Position numbers and translations under genes: made by a program | NCBI GenBank assembly: GCA_977030845.1 | Contig: OZ365115.1 | Span: 2,418,001 to 2,482,000 of the forward strand | Length of the DNA stretch: 64,000 nucleotides | Source: Fimbriosthenelais zetlandica | Lineage: Eukaryota | Direction of reading: 5' to 3' | The notes under the pieces: model-generated | The model's input: only the letters and a program-made list of their open reading frames with translations | What the model was told of the DNA's origin: nothing | The model's database searches: none | In this document: positions 50,224 through 64,000 of the stretch, one piece after another | Numbering within the stretch: the first letter of the stretch is position 1 | Layout: each line of letters starts with the position of its first letter

Positions 50224-50772
50224 CTGTTGACATCCAACTCAACTATAATATGATCCCAGACAGTGAACATAATCGCATAAATAAAGATTATTTTTTATCT
50301 TTCATATGCTGCAGATTTTGACTTTGTGTCGACTTTATAAAAACTTTATCCGAAGAAAAAGAAGAGACAAAGACAAGGATGAAGTAATATAATTGAACCA
50401 AATGTTCACAGTGGATTTAATACTCGTATAAATCAGCCTGCCTCTCATCGTTAACCTTGTTTTCTGATCCGACTCTTCTCCTAACATCCTGATAACTCAG
50501 CCTGATTCATGTCCCTTACCTCCAGTCTTCCTCCTCCCTCCCTTCTCCCCCAATTAAATCTGATTCATTTCTCATTTACTTGATGAACAGCTTAATTTTT
50601 CTCTGATGGACTCATTCCATGTGATTTGTTTTGTTATCAGTCATATTGACGGTTTGTCCAGTAACAGCGTTATTACTTCAAGATCATCAGACGGACTTTT
50701 AATATTTATAGCCGAGTTAATATACACACCACAGTCAAACATGCAGTAGACATAATTATCTGACTTTGTAGA

Positions 50773-50852
50773 GAATGAATGAATGGATGAATGAATGAAT
50801 GGATGAATGAATGAATGAATGAAGGAAGGGAGGAAGGAAGGAAAGAATGAAT
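50773..50852. repeat. (GAAT)n/(GAAG)n microsatellite
   Basis: Direct inspection. Confidence 0.88.
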
Positions 50853-51369
50853 GAAGGGATCAAGGAATGACTAATTCAATAATTGAATAATTGAATAAAT
50901 TGAATGAATGCATGAACGAATGAAATGAGTATAATTGGTGATGAAGTATACCCTGACAGGCCCTATCAAAATACAGTTCCATCCAGTGTCCACTCGACAA
51001 GGATGAGACACAAAACCTGCATAGAGACTGGTCACTTGAGGACATGGAAGGATGGGTATATAGTGGGTATAAGGTGTGGTTGAAGTGGTTCTCAAGGTAG
51101 TTAAGAACTGTAAATGGTCCAGAGCTGACCTTCTACCACCTAGACACACATTAGAGGGGTGGGTGAGCGGCATACACATGTATAAAAGACACAGTCAGTA
51201 CGTGATAGACACACCATCAACCAGGCTGTCCTGTAAACGTGTGGCAGCTAAAACAAAACGCATGCATTTGAAATGCACCAGTGTATGGGAACCTTTAATA
51301 AAAGCCCCATACCATGGCCACTGAGCTCATGTCTTCCCTATATAGCCGCTATCCACTGTGACTAATTAT

Positions 51370-51975
51370 GGACTTGTAGACAAGATCTACCTGCAGCAAT
51401 CGCTGCAAGAATTGTAAGGCAATGATCCCTGGTCTGTACCCAATTTGTGTACAAAGTCGTTAGAGATATCCATTAGATATAGATGTCCTGCAATTCAAAA
51501 GTTTTCTAATAATATCCACCAATGTCTCTCCACACAGGAAGGGGCTGGGGTTATAGATGTCAGTCACCTACATGGACTAGGGTCCATGCTGATACACATT
51601 CTGCTGAGGGAGATGACAATTGCTTGCTTTTGCCTTCCGATTCTGGCAACATATCATTTTCGGGTAGCAATTGATGCACTTGCAGATGATGGTCTTGTAG
51701 ACAAGCTCCATGGGCAAGAATCACTGCAAGAATCACCAGGCAATGATCCCTGGTAGGTAACCAACTAACGTACCATGCCTTTTGAGATATCCACTAGATA
51801 TTCATGACTTACAATTCACACCTATATTTTCGAATGCATTCCCACACAGGAGGGGACTGAGTTTATACATGCCTAGTCATGGACTCGGGGTAGTGTTGTC
51901 CGCCTCATTCTGTCATAGCACCACAAGTTTCAAAATGGTCACCCCCCAAATATATTCATATGTACGTGCCTTTAA
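51370..51975 (+). repeat. Dispersed diverged dimer of the 321-bp repeat family
   Basis: GAATCACTGCAAGAATCACCAGGCAAT at 51718-51744; AATGATCCCTGG recurs at 51421 and 51742 (321-bp period). Confidence 0.8.
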
Positions 51976-54900
51976 TGTCTCCAAGCATGGAACTGAAAGG
52001 CCATGTAACCATACGCACAGTGGATATCAGCCCTATATACCTTTCACCTCCCCATTACCTCCCATCCGCTCTGTCATGGCACTGTTCTGGCCACCACGTG
52101 TAAATGGACCTACTTCTGTTTGACCTTGACTGGATGACCTTGACTGGATGACCTTGACTGGGTGACCTTGTCAGGGACAGAAACTCTGCACCCGGCCTGC
52201 ACTTACAGGGTAAATGAGAGAAACCATAGCTGGCTCGCCATGGGCTGAGTGGCCGTAGTTGGGAGCTGCTCTGCTATATGGGTTCAGATGTATGTAAAGG
52301 TCTTCTATATAGGCCTGCAGGGGCTTGTTTCATAACAATAACTTACCTATGGTTATGAAACAGGCCCCTGTAGGTATGTAGCACCCAATGAGGGCAAATA
52401 ATAGAGCTATTTTCGTTCATTATCAAAAACGGCGTTTTACATGAATGGTGCAACAACAACCAGGGTCATCATGTCATGCAGGGGAGGAAACACCCTGATG
52501 GCTTTCTGGTCTACCCTTGTCAATGGGCAGATAGGCCTATACATGTACCTATTTTCAGAAATACCTACGAACAAATACTCTATACCAAGTGTTTGGCATC
52601 CCTTTAAGGTATGGGATCTAACATGTATCCTTCATTGAAACATACTGCTTGGGGTGCTCTGAAACCCTAACTGAAGCAATGCCATGGACAATTGGCCTAT
52701 ATCGTCACAGCCGATAAGCTACTTGTCCACTGAGCCGTTTTCCACTAAGGGCACTAGAATATCCAACCCAAGAAAATGGTCCACGTGGACAGAGAAGTGA
52801 TATCATTTGGCTTAAAAACTCATGGCCTCCATCCAATAATTATTACGCCTACCCGCAATAATATACTGAGTCTGCACCATTAACCCAAAAAATAATAAGG
52901 TGGAGCAGGGACAGGAGCAGGGACAGGAGCAGGGACAAGAGCAGAAGGAGGATGGACAGGAAGAGTAGCAGGTGCAAGAAGAGAAGTAGAAATGCGGGTT
53001 AGAGTTTTTAGAGCTCTCAACAAGCCGTACAAGCTTGACTTGAAATCGTCACTCATGCAAAAGATGGCAATGATTTTTCGTCGAGGATAATGTAAGCTTC
53101 CATATAGCACTTTAGATTTATACACATCAACAAGCACATCAATAAGCACCTTTCAATGGATTTTCCACATCCCTTTAGAGCTGAGGATTCGGGTTAGTTG
53201 TTGATTCAGTGAGAGCACCATCCATGTTCAGGCCAAGCCATTGTCTGTATAACATGGTCCAGGTTTAAATCCACAAATGTTCAAAGTAGAACTGCTTCCC
53301 TTCTCAGCCATTGTTCTATAATTTTAAGCCTATTCTTAAATCATGAACTTGAAATGTCAGTGGCACAAAAGTCAAATGGTTGTTCTAACGTCTGAATTAG
53401 TAGCATGCAGCATACACATTGTTTGGTTCCAGGAAGGCCGCTTCAAAGAATTGCATGCTTTTCACCACACACGTTGACCAATTATATTGGCTATGCAAGT
53501 TATTCACAATAAAAGTAATGAGATAATGTCTTGATCTTTGCATGAGGCGCCAGACTCCTTTCACCACCTTAACACTATAGAGTGAGAAATAAAGAAAACA
53601 GGTGGGAGGAGAGAGAATGAGAGATAGAGGGAGAGACACATCCGGCCATTGTATAACAATGCTTTAGTCTGTGGTTATACAATGACCAGATATAGGATAG
53701 GGTAAGTCTTGAAACCATTCAGCAATTAATATTGGCAAGACAAAGCAACAATAAAATGAAACATCTCCCACAAAATATCACCCATATAATATATAGAATG
53801 TACGTGAGTAAATAATAGTTGGTTTGGGTGTAGTTTGACAGTGATTGTATACAAGTGGACAAACTGCCACTTGCCCATGAGCAGGCCTTCTCTTATCTAG
53901 TTAGATGAGATTTAATAACTCCACTAATTGACTTAGCTTAGCTTTAATCATTCTGCCTCCACAGACCTGACTAAATGGATTATCATATATAGACCTGTGG
54001 AGGAAAGGCGGATGGTGAAGGGTATACATTTATGTTTTATTCCACCCCAAGTACTACTCATCCACAGGACTACTATAGGGAGAAAAATATGGAGCATATT
54101 ATGGTCAATATTTACCCTTGGGTAATACTGGTTGAGTTAGTTTCCAGTGACAGATATTTGCAATGGGAATACAATGAATTTTGTTGGTTATTTTTTTGTT
54201 GGCTGGGGTGGAATAAATATAGAACCAACCTTGGGTACGTCTGGATAGGTGTATGTCCCTGGGGCGGAGTGGCGAGGATGACCCACGGGCTGGACACTCG
54301 GGGCATCCCTACTCCCTCAGCCCCAGGGACATACCACTACAAGCCTACCCTCATTCAGTTCTATCTATATAATTATAGCACAACTAAGGATGCATGAGCT
54401 AATAGTGGGTATAGGAGAAAGGGAAAGGCAAGGGGGTAATGAAGGGAGACATGCAGATGGAAAAGGGAAAGGATACTTGTTGAATTTGGGAATTTGTATG
54501 GGAATGTAGATTGCATGGGGAATTGAACCCGAAACTTTCAGCATTCAAGTCCGCATTAGTTACATGGTCGACTCAGTATTATTGGTATCAAAAAAATATT
54601 ATTGGAATCACGTCTTATCTGTCCATAAGGTCTACTACTGAAATTTCCCTTCTCATGTCATGCTTCCTCATGCCATCTCTATCCCCAAATACCATGACGT
54701 CATTTTATGGATCCCTATAGTGAAAAGGGAGAGATAAGATAACACGGTGACATAATGAGAGCAGGTCTACTGCTATAATCCCCCTCAGTATCAGTATATT
54801 AGGTGTGATATAGCTTTTGTTGATTAAGCTAAAAGTTCCCTACACCGCTTCTACATTAGGCTAATCTAGAGAATAGAGACACACAGACACTCATGTTCTA

Positions 54901-55569
54901 TGGGATTTATGTCTTCGATGAATGGGTTTAGAACAGAAAATGGAGTGTATTATTGCAAAATTTACTACAGAACGTTAATTAATTATCATTACTAAAGGAG
55001 TCCATCATTATTTGAACTATTTAACACTTGTCTAACAAAATTTAAATTTAGTTCTCAGTGCTTGCATCCACCCAAGCATGATGAAGATGGTGGAAAATCG
55101 GCGGAGAATCGGCACGGTGAAACATAAGCTGAACAGAATTGACCTGCACTATCGCCTGTCATCAAGCCAGAGGCATGCCATCCCATAATACTAATACCAT
55201 CCCATAATACTAATGGCTGGGTGGCTGGGGTGAAACTTAGATTGTTAGTGCCGGCGGGAGGGATTGGGTGGAAAGGGCAGTGTGATAGGGAGGATTGGGG
55301 GAGGGGTAAAAGTACGTGGGATATGTGGAGGTGGTAAAGTATTATGCCATTGGATCCAAAAGTCCCACAGGTCTGAAAAATTCAATTCATATGACCGTGA
55401 GAATGTGACCTTTAAACACAGATAACATCACTAGGCCTGAAGGATAGGACAATGGAGAATTGAATGGCTGCTTGGGGAATTGAACCCGAAACCTCTTCGA
55501 AGCTTCGCCATGGGACTCAGTTGCAACCATAAATGTATTTACATACTTTGAATTATTACTTTGAATATT

Positions 55570-55773
55570 AGTGGGAAATTCACTGCTGCGATTTTGCTTG
55601 CGACACTACTGCGACAAAGGTGATGCTTGTGAAGTTGTGTAAGAATAACATTTATAAATTGTGGTTCAAGTGTCTAAGGCCTTAAGGCCGTCCTCCAATG
55701 GTAAATTCATCATTGTAACATAAGCATCACGCAGACGTGTCGCAAACAAAATCGCAGCAGTGGAGTCCCGGCT
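55570..55773. mobile_element. MITE family A, copy 3 (left TIR degraded)
   Basis: Same internal sequence as the other copies; right end GCAGTGGAGTCCCGGCT|TTA. Confidence 0.82.
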
Positions 55774-58050
55774 TTAGCTTCCGTTTCGTGCTTTATGGTC
55801 ATGGCTGTCAGAGGGAGTCTATACCAGGGACAGGTCGCCATGGTGATGACTGTCAGAGGGAGTCTATACCAGGGACAGGTCGCCATGGTGATGACTGTCA
55901 ATGTCATGCTGTGATGAGCAGAGCCAGATGGCAGCAAACAATCATCAAGAGAGATCCACACCCAATCTCCCTCACAAACTGACCATCACTGACCATCACT
56001 GACCATCACTGACCATTACTGACCATCACTGACCATTACCCACCACTTGACCATGGCCTGGGGAGGTGAGGCTGAGAACCAACAGTCTCTTTATAGGAGT
56101 CTCACAACCCATCCCCATGTATATATATACGGCCCGTGAAGGCAAGTTAGTGTAGGTGTCAATGACAATGGGCTTCTAAATTAATGTTTGCTGGTTCCAT
56201 ACTTGCCTTTATATAATTATCACCATCTTTAGAAGCTCAGAATATTCAGTCATCAATATCAATATGAATATCTCAAACTTTTATGTCTCATGGATTTGAA
56301 TTTATCGTGATTTTGGACTTTTGTTTTCTTCTCCAAATTAATTTCTTCCTTTGGTCACCATAACAAATAGCAAAGAAAGAAATTCAGTAGGGTATATAGA
56401 TTATATTACTATTATTGAGCATTCACATAATCTATCCCTTCGTTCCATCGGTCTTAAAAAATAATCCTAGGGAAGGGAATGTAGAGATGATTATCTGCAG
56501 CAGTGAGTCAGTCAGGAGTCGGTCAGGAATGAAGATAACATGTTTTTGCTCTCTTCCTCACATATATGGATATCTAGGATTCTGCTGGATGATCCGCATG
56601 TATGGATTAGAATCGTACTTGGCCGATATATAATACGACCTACGTGGACATGCTTAGTCTGGATCCACGTAAGCCTATAAATTACATTGCACTCCACCCC
56701 TTAAACCGACCATGTTTGTCTGGTCCCTTATCATTACGTATACGTGCTATCGTTTGTGCTTGCTGGGTCCTTATATAGGCCTATTTATATAGGCCTATTT
56801 ATATAGGCCTAATTAGTTTACAGAACTTAGAAGGTTTCAGTCCGTATACAGCTCACATATAGAGATAATAGTTGTCGTATATTAGTGACCAGACTGCCGG
56901 TCCACGCTTGTCATCCTTGGTTTTTGCACTCAAACTTGGACGAGTCAAAGGTAGGTCTGCCTTGATGAAGGTCAGGTAGCAGCAGTTTACCCCTTAATAT
57001 GTTACACTAGTGAGGTGGACAGAAGGCCGAGAAATTAAATTACTAGTTTAGGTTAACGATGTGTTGGACATTTTGGCCACACTAAGGAGGGGCAGATTTT
57101 AAGCAACATCTTATAATAATGCTATTCATTAATGGAGACAAAATGAAAAGTATTCTCTATTGTTAATAAAATGTGGTCTATATTTCCAAATTTTGCGCAG
57201 GAGAATATCTGAAACATTCAGCCTTTGGCGTTAAGGTCGACTGTTGTCAATAATTACAGGTTTCAGTTGAGGAGAGGAAGTTCCAGCCAGGAATGATACG
57301 AACTTACCATGACAAGAATAATCTGGAGGGAGGGAGAGACAAAGAGAGTAGGAGAGAGATGGGGAGAAGAGAGAGTAGATAGAGGCACAGGAGAGGGATA
57401 GGAAGGAGAGAAGATAGAGTGAAAAAGAAAGAGAGAGGGACAGAGAGAGGGAGAACGAAAGCGATAGAAAAGAGGATGTCTAGAGGATGGGAGAAGGAGG
57501 AAGTATATCCTCCATGGCGGTTCTGTTAATTGCATTGATTGTAATTCCCTCAATTAATTAAAATAATTGCTTTTTAAAAAAAAGAAACATGCTGTTTCTA
57601 AATTAAACAGGACACCTCTCCATCGTTTTGTTAACGTGATTAAGTCATTATTATGATAATTTCCCGAGCTGAAAGAACCGATTACTTTTCCAGAATAATT
57701 GCAGTTATCATTGCAATTGGACATCAATCCAGGGGGATGTAAAGAAGCCATGATTGCTTTCAGGGTAAAGTTCCAGAAATGGATGCAAAACATGCTCTCT
57801 CAGGTTCTTCAACATGTCTGGTCCTCGCTCAACAAAGGCGATGATAGACTCTCCAAAACCTCACCGATGGTTATAACCATAAACGAGAATACCACTTCCC
57901 TCACCCTTATCCCCCATATTGCCACTTCCCTCACAATTATAACTAGAAATCTATCGGATTCCCTTTCCTATATCCCAGGCCCTCCCAATTATTGACTTCC
58001 CTCGCAAATATTATACCATGCAGTACTCCCCGCACCCCCTAGTTTCCCCT

Positions 58051-58170
58051 ATTCCCCTAGTGCACTTCCCTCTCCCATTTATTCCCCTAGTGCACTTCCC
58101 TCTCCCATTTATTCCCCTAGTGCACTTCCCTCTCCCATTTATTCCCCTAGTGCACTTCCCTCTCCCATAT
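58051..58170. repeat. 30-bp minisatellite, 4 copies
   Basis: ATTCCCCTAGTGCACTTCCCTCTCCCATTT starts at 58051, 58081, 58111 and 58141. Confidence 0.93.
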
Positions 58171-60207
58171 ATTCCCCATTGTACCGTTTCCCTCTCTTCA
58201 TTCCGTTTACCATGTATATAATAGTGTCGCCCCGTCTCCCTCGTAAACGACACTAATTACTTGCCAGGATAAGGCACCTCATCCTCTTTCTTTTCCGCCT
58301 CCATTCTGGGGATGCTATAATTTTCCAGACTTCATCAATCGGCTGAGATATGTGCAGGTGCCCTCAGAAGGCCCTCTGAAAGGCCCTTTTTGCTTGTGAC
58401 GCTGATCCCAAATGCCCTTTTTGCACTTGACGCTAAGCAGGGACTATAAGGATGGCACTGGTAGAGGGAGACAGGCCGTTCACAGTCTAAGAGGATTAAG
58501 GCCTGAGATCTGACAGAAGGGCCCTGCTGAGGTTGAGGCCCTTTAGCAGCCGCTGAGGGCTTTTTTATTATAGAAAAGGGCATTTCTGATGAGGATTGGA
58601 TGTGAAGGTGGTATCATGGGAAATAAGAGTGACAGCAGAGATAACATGGTATGTCACACTGAGAGGAAGAACGCTCGATTAATGATCTATAATTATCTCT
58701 GCTACATATCAAGAGCCATATGATATCTACCAAGGACCTTTTCTTATAAAGACCCATTAGAAAATTCTCCCAACCAATATTAGATGCTACATTCAAAAGA
58801 TCAATTAACTATATAATCGGGAATGGCTATTGTAACTCTTTGTGACACTTTTTTTTGCGATCCTCTTGCAAAGGGCTTTTGGCTCATATGGAGAATGTGT
58901 GCATAGGGGATTCATGCACATATTGTCCACCTCATAAATTATGTCAATTTTTAATTTTCCATAAATTCTAAAACAGTTTTTGGACATTCATAAAAATGAT
59001 GAAATCACATCCTACACGAATTTAACTTTTATACGCGCACCCTCGTATGCCATCGTGTTTAGACCTGAATTATTTTTAGAAGGCAATTTCCAGGACATTG
59101 ATCAAATTAATGTTATTTCTATTTCAGCGACTCTCATCACCTAATTGGGATTGGCATCAATTAAAGTTTTTAACAATTCTTCCAATATTGGAAATTTCAT
59201 GACTTTTCCAGCGGCTAAATGGCCGTCACTAAGTGTTAGTGAATAGATGAGCCACATTATAGTGAAATGATGCGAAAAAGTTGTTAGAACAGTGAAAGTG
59301 TTCTACAAGTTTTAAAATTCAATTTGACACATTATTTGTGATCTCATTTGATTTAAGTCATATTTTTATAATATAAACATAAACCTAAAATATCAATTCT
59401 TGCTTGTTGGTGAATCTAATAGTTTGTTAAGATTTATAATGAAAAGCAGAAGCTTAGTCTTGAAAACGAATATTGAGTAAAAGGAAGTGCCGAGGAGTCA
59501 GTCGGGATTGGGAAGGCAAAAAGAGAAAGTATTCACCCACAAAGCTGATTCAACGTGGTAGAGCCCCAGGAGCTACAAGTGGGAATATTATGGTCTGTTG
59601 AGTGTATTACACATTTATCTGTCAGCCAGGTGCTGTTAGATAGCTGTCACTAACGCATTTACTACCAACAGTAGCTGTCAGGAGCCCAGCTGTCCGTGTC
59701 AAGCCAGCTGTATTGTCCTTTCATACAACTGTCACAGGAGGTGACAGGCTCAGATATTATAGATATCACAGTGCCATAATGGGTGACTGGGAAGTCCTAA
59801 TCCCATAACACATGATGCACCGTCAACATATCCCAACATTTTACGGACATTATATTTTGTTGTGTGGTATAATTTGAATATATATATACAGAGATACATT
59901 AGTCAAATGTTGGGTTAGTAATATATTGGAAAATGGAAATGGACCATTCTCTGCTTTTATTTAAAAAATTGTTCGATATCTTTGCTGGGTAGTTCAGTGT
60001 TCGGTGTTCAAAGAAATATTTTGTTGAAAGGAATAGAGACATTACCAGGTTCTCATAGACTCATAGACTCCCTCATAGACTTTACCAGTGTCAGCTCTCA
60101 CTCAAACCCTTTCTTAATTAAGGTCTTAATATACCAAATTGCACTCATTTAATAGACATGTACGACAGCGTGAGATTTATGTAGTCATATTCAAATGTAA
60201 TCATATT

Positions 60208-63200
60208 CCCATGGTAGTAGGGGTGTTATTTTGGTTATATGTGTCAGTCACATACTTGGATGTGTGGTGGGGTTCATATTATGTAGAAGTAGTTCTCAAT
60301 TGCTGACTTCTCCCTTCAATTGTTGCATCATTTCATTTCTGGCTGGAATTGATGAACTTTTCATCTATTGTCTTGTACACAGGTCCCACTGGCATGAATC
60401 ACTGCAAGAATCAGCAGGCAATTGTCCCTAGGGTGTGCCCTATTAGTGTACCAAATCATAAAGATATCCTTTAGATATTGAAGATTTACAATTCTTGCCA
60501 AATTTCCTACTTTTGTCCTCCAATTTCCCCTGTTGTAGTAGGTGCGTTATTTTGGTTATATGTGTCAGTCACATACTTGGATGTGTGGTGGGGTTCATAT
60601 TATGTAGATGTAGATCTCAATTACTGACTTCTCCCTTCAATTTTTACATCATTTCATTTCTGGCTGGAATTTATGAACTTTTCATTTATTGTCTTGTAGA
60701 CAGGTCCCACTGGCATGAATCACTGCAAGAATCACCAGGCAATTGTCCCTAGGGTGTGCCCTATTAGTGTACCAAATCATAAAGATATCCCTTCGATATT
60801 GAAGATTTACAATTCTTGCCAAGTTTCCTACCCTTGTCCTCCAATTTCCACTGTTGTAGTAGGGTCGTTATTTTGGTTATATGTGTCAGTCACATACTTG
60901 GATGTGTGGTGGGGTTCGTATTATGTAGATGTAGATCTCAATTACTGACTTCTCCCTTCAATTTTTACACCATTTCATTTCTGGCTGGAATTGATGACCT
61001 TTTCATCTATTGTCTTGTAGACAGGTCCCACTGGCATGAATCACTGCAAGAATCACCAGGCAATTGTCCCTAGGGTGTGCCCTATTAGTGTACCAAATCA
61101 TAAAGATATCCCTTCGATATTGAAGATTTACAATTCTTGCAAAGTTTCCTACCCTTGTCCTCCAATTTATCTTGTTGTAGTAGGGGCGTTATTTTGGTTA
61201 TATATGTCAGTCACATACTTGGATGTGTGGTGGGGTTCATATTATGTAGATGTAGTTCTCAATTGCTGACTTCTCCCTTCAATTTTTACACCATTTCATT
61301 TCTGGTTGGAATTGATGAACTTTTCATCTATTGTCTTGTAGAGAGGTCTTACTAGCATGAATCACTGCAAGAATCAGCAGGCAATTGTCCCTAGGGTGTG
61401 CCCTATTAGTGTACCAAATCATAAAGATATCCCTTCGATATTGAAGATTTACAATTCTTGCAAAGTTTCCTACCCTTGTTCTCCAATTTCTCCTGTTGTA
61501 GTAGGGGCGTTATTTTGGTTATATGTGTCAGGCAAATACTTGGATGTGTGGTGGGGTTCACATTATCTCGAGGTAGATCGCTATTACTGACTTCTCCCTA
61601 CAATTTTTGCATCATTTCATTTCTGGCTGGAATTGATGACATTTTCATCTTTTGTCTTGTAGAGAGGTCCCACTAGCATGAATCACTGCAAGAATCAGCA
61701 GGCAATTGTCCCTAGGGTGTGCCCTATTAGTGTACCAAATCATAAAGATATCCTTTAGATATTGAAGATTTACAATTCTTGCCAAATTTCCTACTTTTGT
61801 CCTCCAATTTCCCCTGTTGTAGTAGGTGCGTTATTTTGGTTATATGTGTCAGTCACATACTTGGATGTGTGGTGGGGTTCATATTATGTAGATGTAGATC
61901 TCAATTACTGACTTCTCCCTTCAATTTTTACATCATTTCATTTCTGGCTGGAATTTATGAACTTTTCATTTATTGTCTTGTAGACAGGTCCCACTGGCAT
62001 GAATCACTGCAAGAATCACCAGGCAATTGTCCCTAGGGTGTGCCCTATTAGTGTACCAAATCATAAAGATATCCCTTCGATATTGAAGATTTACAATTCT
62101 TGCCAAGTTTCCTACCCTTGTCCTCCAATTTCCACTGTTGTAGTAGGGTCGTTATTTTGGTTATATGTGTCAGTCACATACTTGGATGTGTGGTGGGGTT
62201 CGTATTATGTAGATGTAGATCTCAATTACTGACTTCTCCCTTCAATTTTTACACCATTTCATTTCTGGCTGGAATTGATGACCTTTTCATCTATTGTCTT
62301 GTAGACAGGTCCCACTGGCATGAATCACTGCAAGAATCACCAGGCAATTGTCCCTAGGGTGTGCCCTATTAGTGTACCAAATCATAAAGATATCCCTTCG
62401 ATATTGAAGATTTACAATTCTTGCAAAGTTTCCTACCCTTGTCCTCCAATTTATCTTGTTGTAGTAGGGGCGTTATTTTGGTTATATATGTCAGTCACAT
62501 ACTTGGATGTGTGGTGGGGTTCATATTATGTAGATGTAGTTCTCAATTGCTGACTTCTCCCTTCAATTTTTACACCATTTCATTTCTGGTTGGAATTGAT
62601 GAACTTTTCATCTATTGTCTTGTAGAGAGGTCTTACTAGCATGAATCACTGCAAGAATCAGCAGGCAATTGTCCCTAGGGTGTGCCCTATTAGTGTACCA
62701 AATCATAAAGATATCCCTTCGATATTGAAGATTTACAATTCTTGCAAAGTTTCCTACCCTTGTTCTCCAATTTCTCCTGTTGTAGTAGGGGCGTTATTTT
62801 GGTTATATGTGTCAGGCAAATACTTGGATGTGTGGTGGGGTTCACATTATCTCGAGGTAGATCGCTATTACTGACTTCTCCCTACAATTTTTGCATCATT
62901 TCATTTCTGGCTGGAATTGATGACATTTTCATCTTTTGTCTTGTAGAGAGGTCCCACTAGCATGAATCACTGCAAGAATCAGCAGGCAATTGTCCCTAGG
63001 GTGTGCCCTATTAGTGTACCCAATCATAAAGATATCCTTAAGATATTGAAGATTTACAATTCTTGCAAAGTTTCCTACCTTTGTCCTCCAATTCATCCCA
63101 TGGTAGTAGGGGCGTTCTTTTGGTTATATTCGTCAGTGACTTACTTGGATGTGTGGTGGGGTTCATATTATGTCGAGGTAGATCTCTATTACTAACTTCT

Positions 63201-63409
63201 CCCTTCAATTTTCGCATCATTTCATTTCTGGCTGGAATTTATGAACTTTTGATATATAGTCTTGTAGACAGGTCCCACTGGCATGAATCACTGCAAGAAT
63301 CACCAGGCAATTGTCCCTAGGGTGTGCCCTATTAGTGTACCAAATCATAAGGATATCCTTTCCATATTGAAGATTTACAATTCTTGCAAAGTTTCTACCC
63401 ATGTCCTCC
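60208..63409 (+). repeat. 321-bp satellite-like tandem array, about 10 units, with a duplicated 4-unit (1284-bp) higher-order block
   Basis: ATGAATCACTGCAAGAATCA recurs at 60394, 60715, 61036, 61357, 61678, 61999, 62320, 62641, 62962 and 63283. The ORF-track translations repeat identically with a 1284-bp offset. Confidence 0.97.
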
Positions 63410-63710
63410 TATTAGTATACTGTACAACATGCCTCAAGTAGAAAATTACAGTAGGGTACACTGAACATGTATTATTTCAATACTGCATCAGATCAGTACT
63501 GTATATGGGCATACTGTACAAGGATAATTACAAGAGACTACCATACCCTTCCCCTTTTGGGGAAGTTTATACACAAAGAATGTCCACTCGAGATAATTGC
63601 AAGATACTTTGTAGTGTTTACATGTGTATATATAAGAGGCATGTTGGTGGATTCCCACACATCTTAGAGGTATGCCAGCCTTTATTTACCCGCACCACAC
63701 CCTCTCCCCC

Positions 63711-63929
63711 TGTATAAGGGTAACTAACACCACCCATTCAGTCAGTCCTCTATGTGAGGCGTGGAGGGAAGTAGCTCATTGATTGAGAGAGGTGACAGAA
63801 CGTGAGGTGGACGTCTCACCCCGCTCTCCATCCCTGTCTACTTGTATTGTCTAAGTATCAATCAAATAAACACCCCATCTCACCCATATAGTGTCTCTAT
63901 TAGTCGTACTCTCTCACCCTGTGGATACA
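63711..63929 (+). mobile_element. Possible short solo LTR
   Basis: TGTAT...ATACA termini with an internal AATAAA near 63864; no TSD found. Confidence 0.3.
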
Positions 63930-64000
63930 ATAGTTATATAATGCATGTTCCTCCCATAATCACTCAAATAATGATATCTTTAAGCAAAAGTGAAATTTAA

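Noticed and set aside
60231-63402. Recurrent 72-85 aa ORFs in the 321-bp array; the period is a multiple of 3 (107 codons), suggesting a repeat protein
   Set aside because: Every frame on both strands has at least two stops per unit, and alignment with the 33-kb and 51-kb copies needs 1-bp indels. There is no codon-level constraint. Reading TGA as Trp or Sec does not rescue a frame because TAA/TAG remain.
60208-63409. CRISPR-like or spacer-containing array
   Set aside because: Whole units are homologous; there are no unique spacers and no cas genes, and the context is eukaryotic.

Overview
This is eukaryotic, intron-containing, repeat-rich DNA from an invertebrate animal. A lophotrochozoan is an inference from the SINE and MITE types and the gene content; the species cannot be identified from the sequence. 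Most short ORFs in the supplied track are artefacts of repeats or introns. By manual splice reconstruction I support five protein-coding genes: (1-2) a tandem pair of 3-exon Ly6/uPAR (three-finger) genes on the minus strand (2365-3945 and 4798-6176); (3) a 3-exon gene for a 245-aa secreted protein I cannot assign to a family (10689-13678, +); (4) a UDP-glycosyltransferase with a single coding exon (23604-25160, -); and (5) a histamine H2-like aminergic GPCR (about 46116-47294, +). The rest is SINEs, several MITE families with AGCC...GGCT ends, a foldback element flanked by tRNA-like Pol III units, mini- and microsatellites, and a 321-bp repeat family. That family occurs as two dispersed diverged dimers and as a 10-unit array with a 4-unit higher-order duplication. 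The most interesting signals are these. One Ly6 paralogue has lost its hydrophobic C-terminal anchor through an in-frame 36-bp deletion plus stop loss, giving a predicted soluble versus anchored pair, and its mature-domain exon is more diverged than the neighbouring non-coding DNA. The UGT has His at the position of the conserved catalytic-dyad Asp. The tRNA-tipped foldback element and the invariant 27-nt core of the 321-bp family are also unexplained. All alignments and percentages were done by eye.
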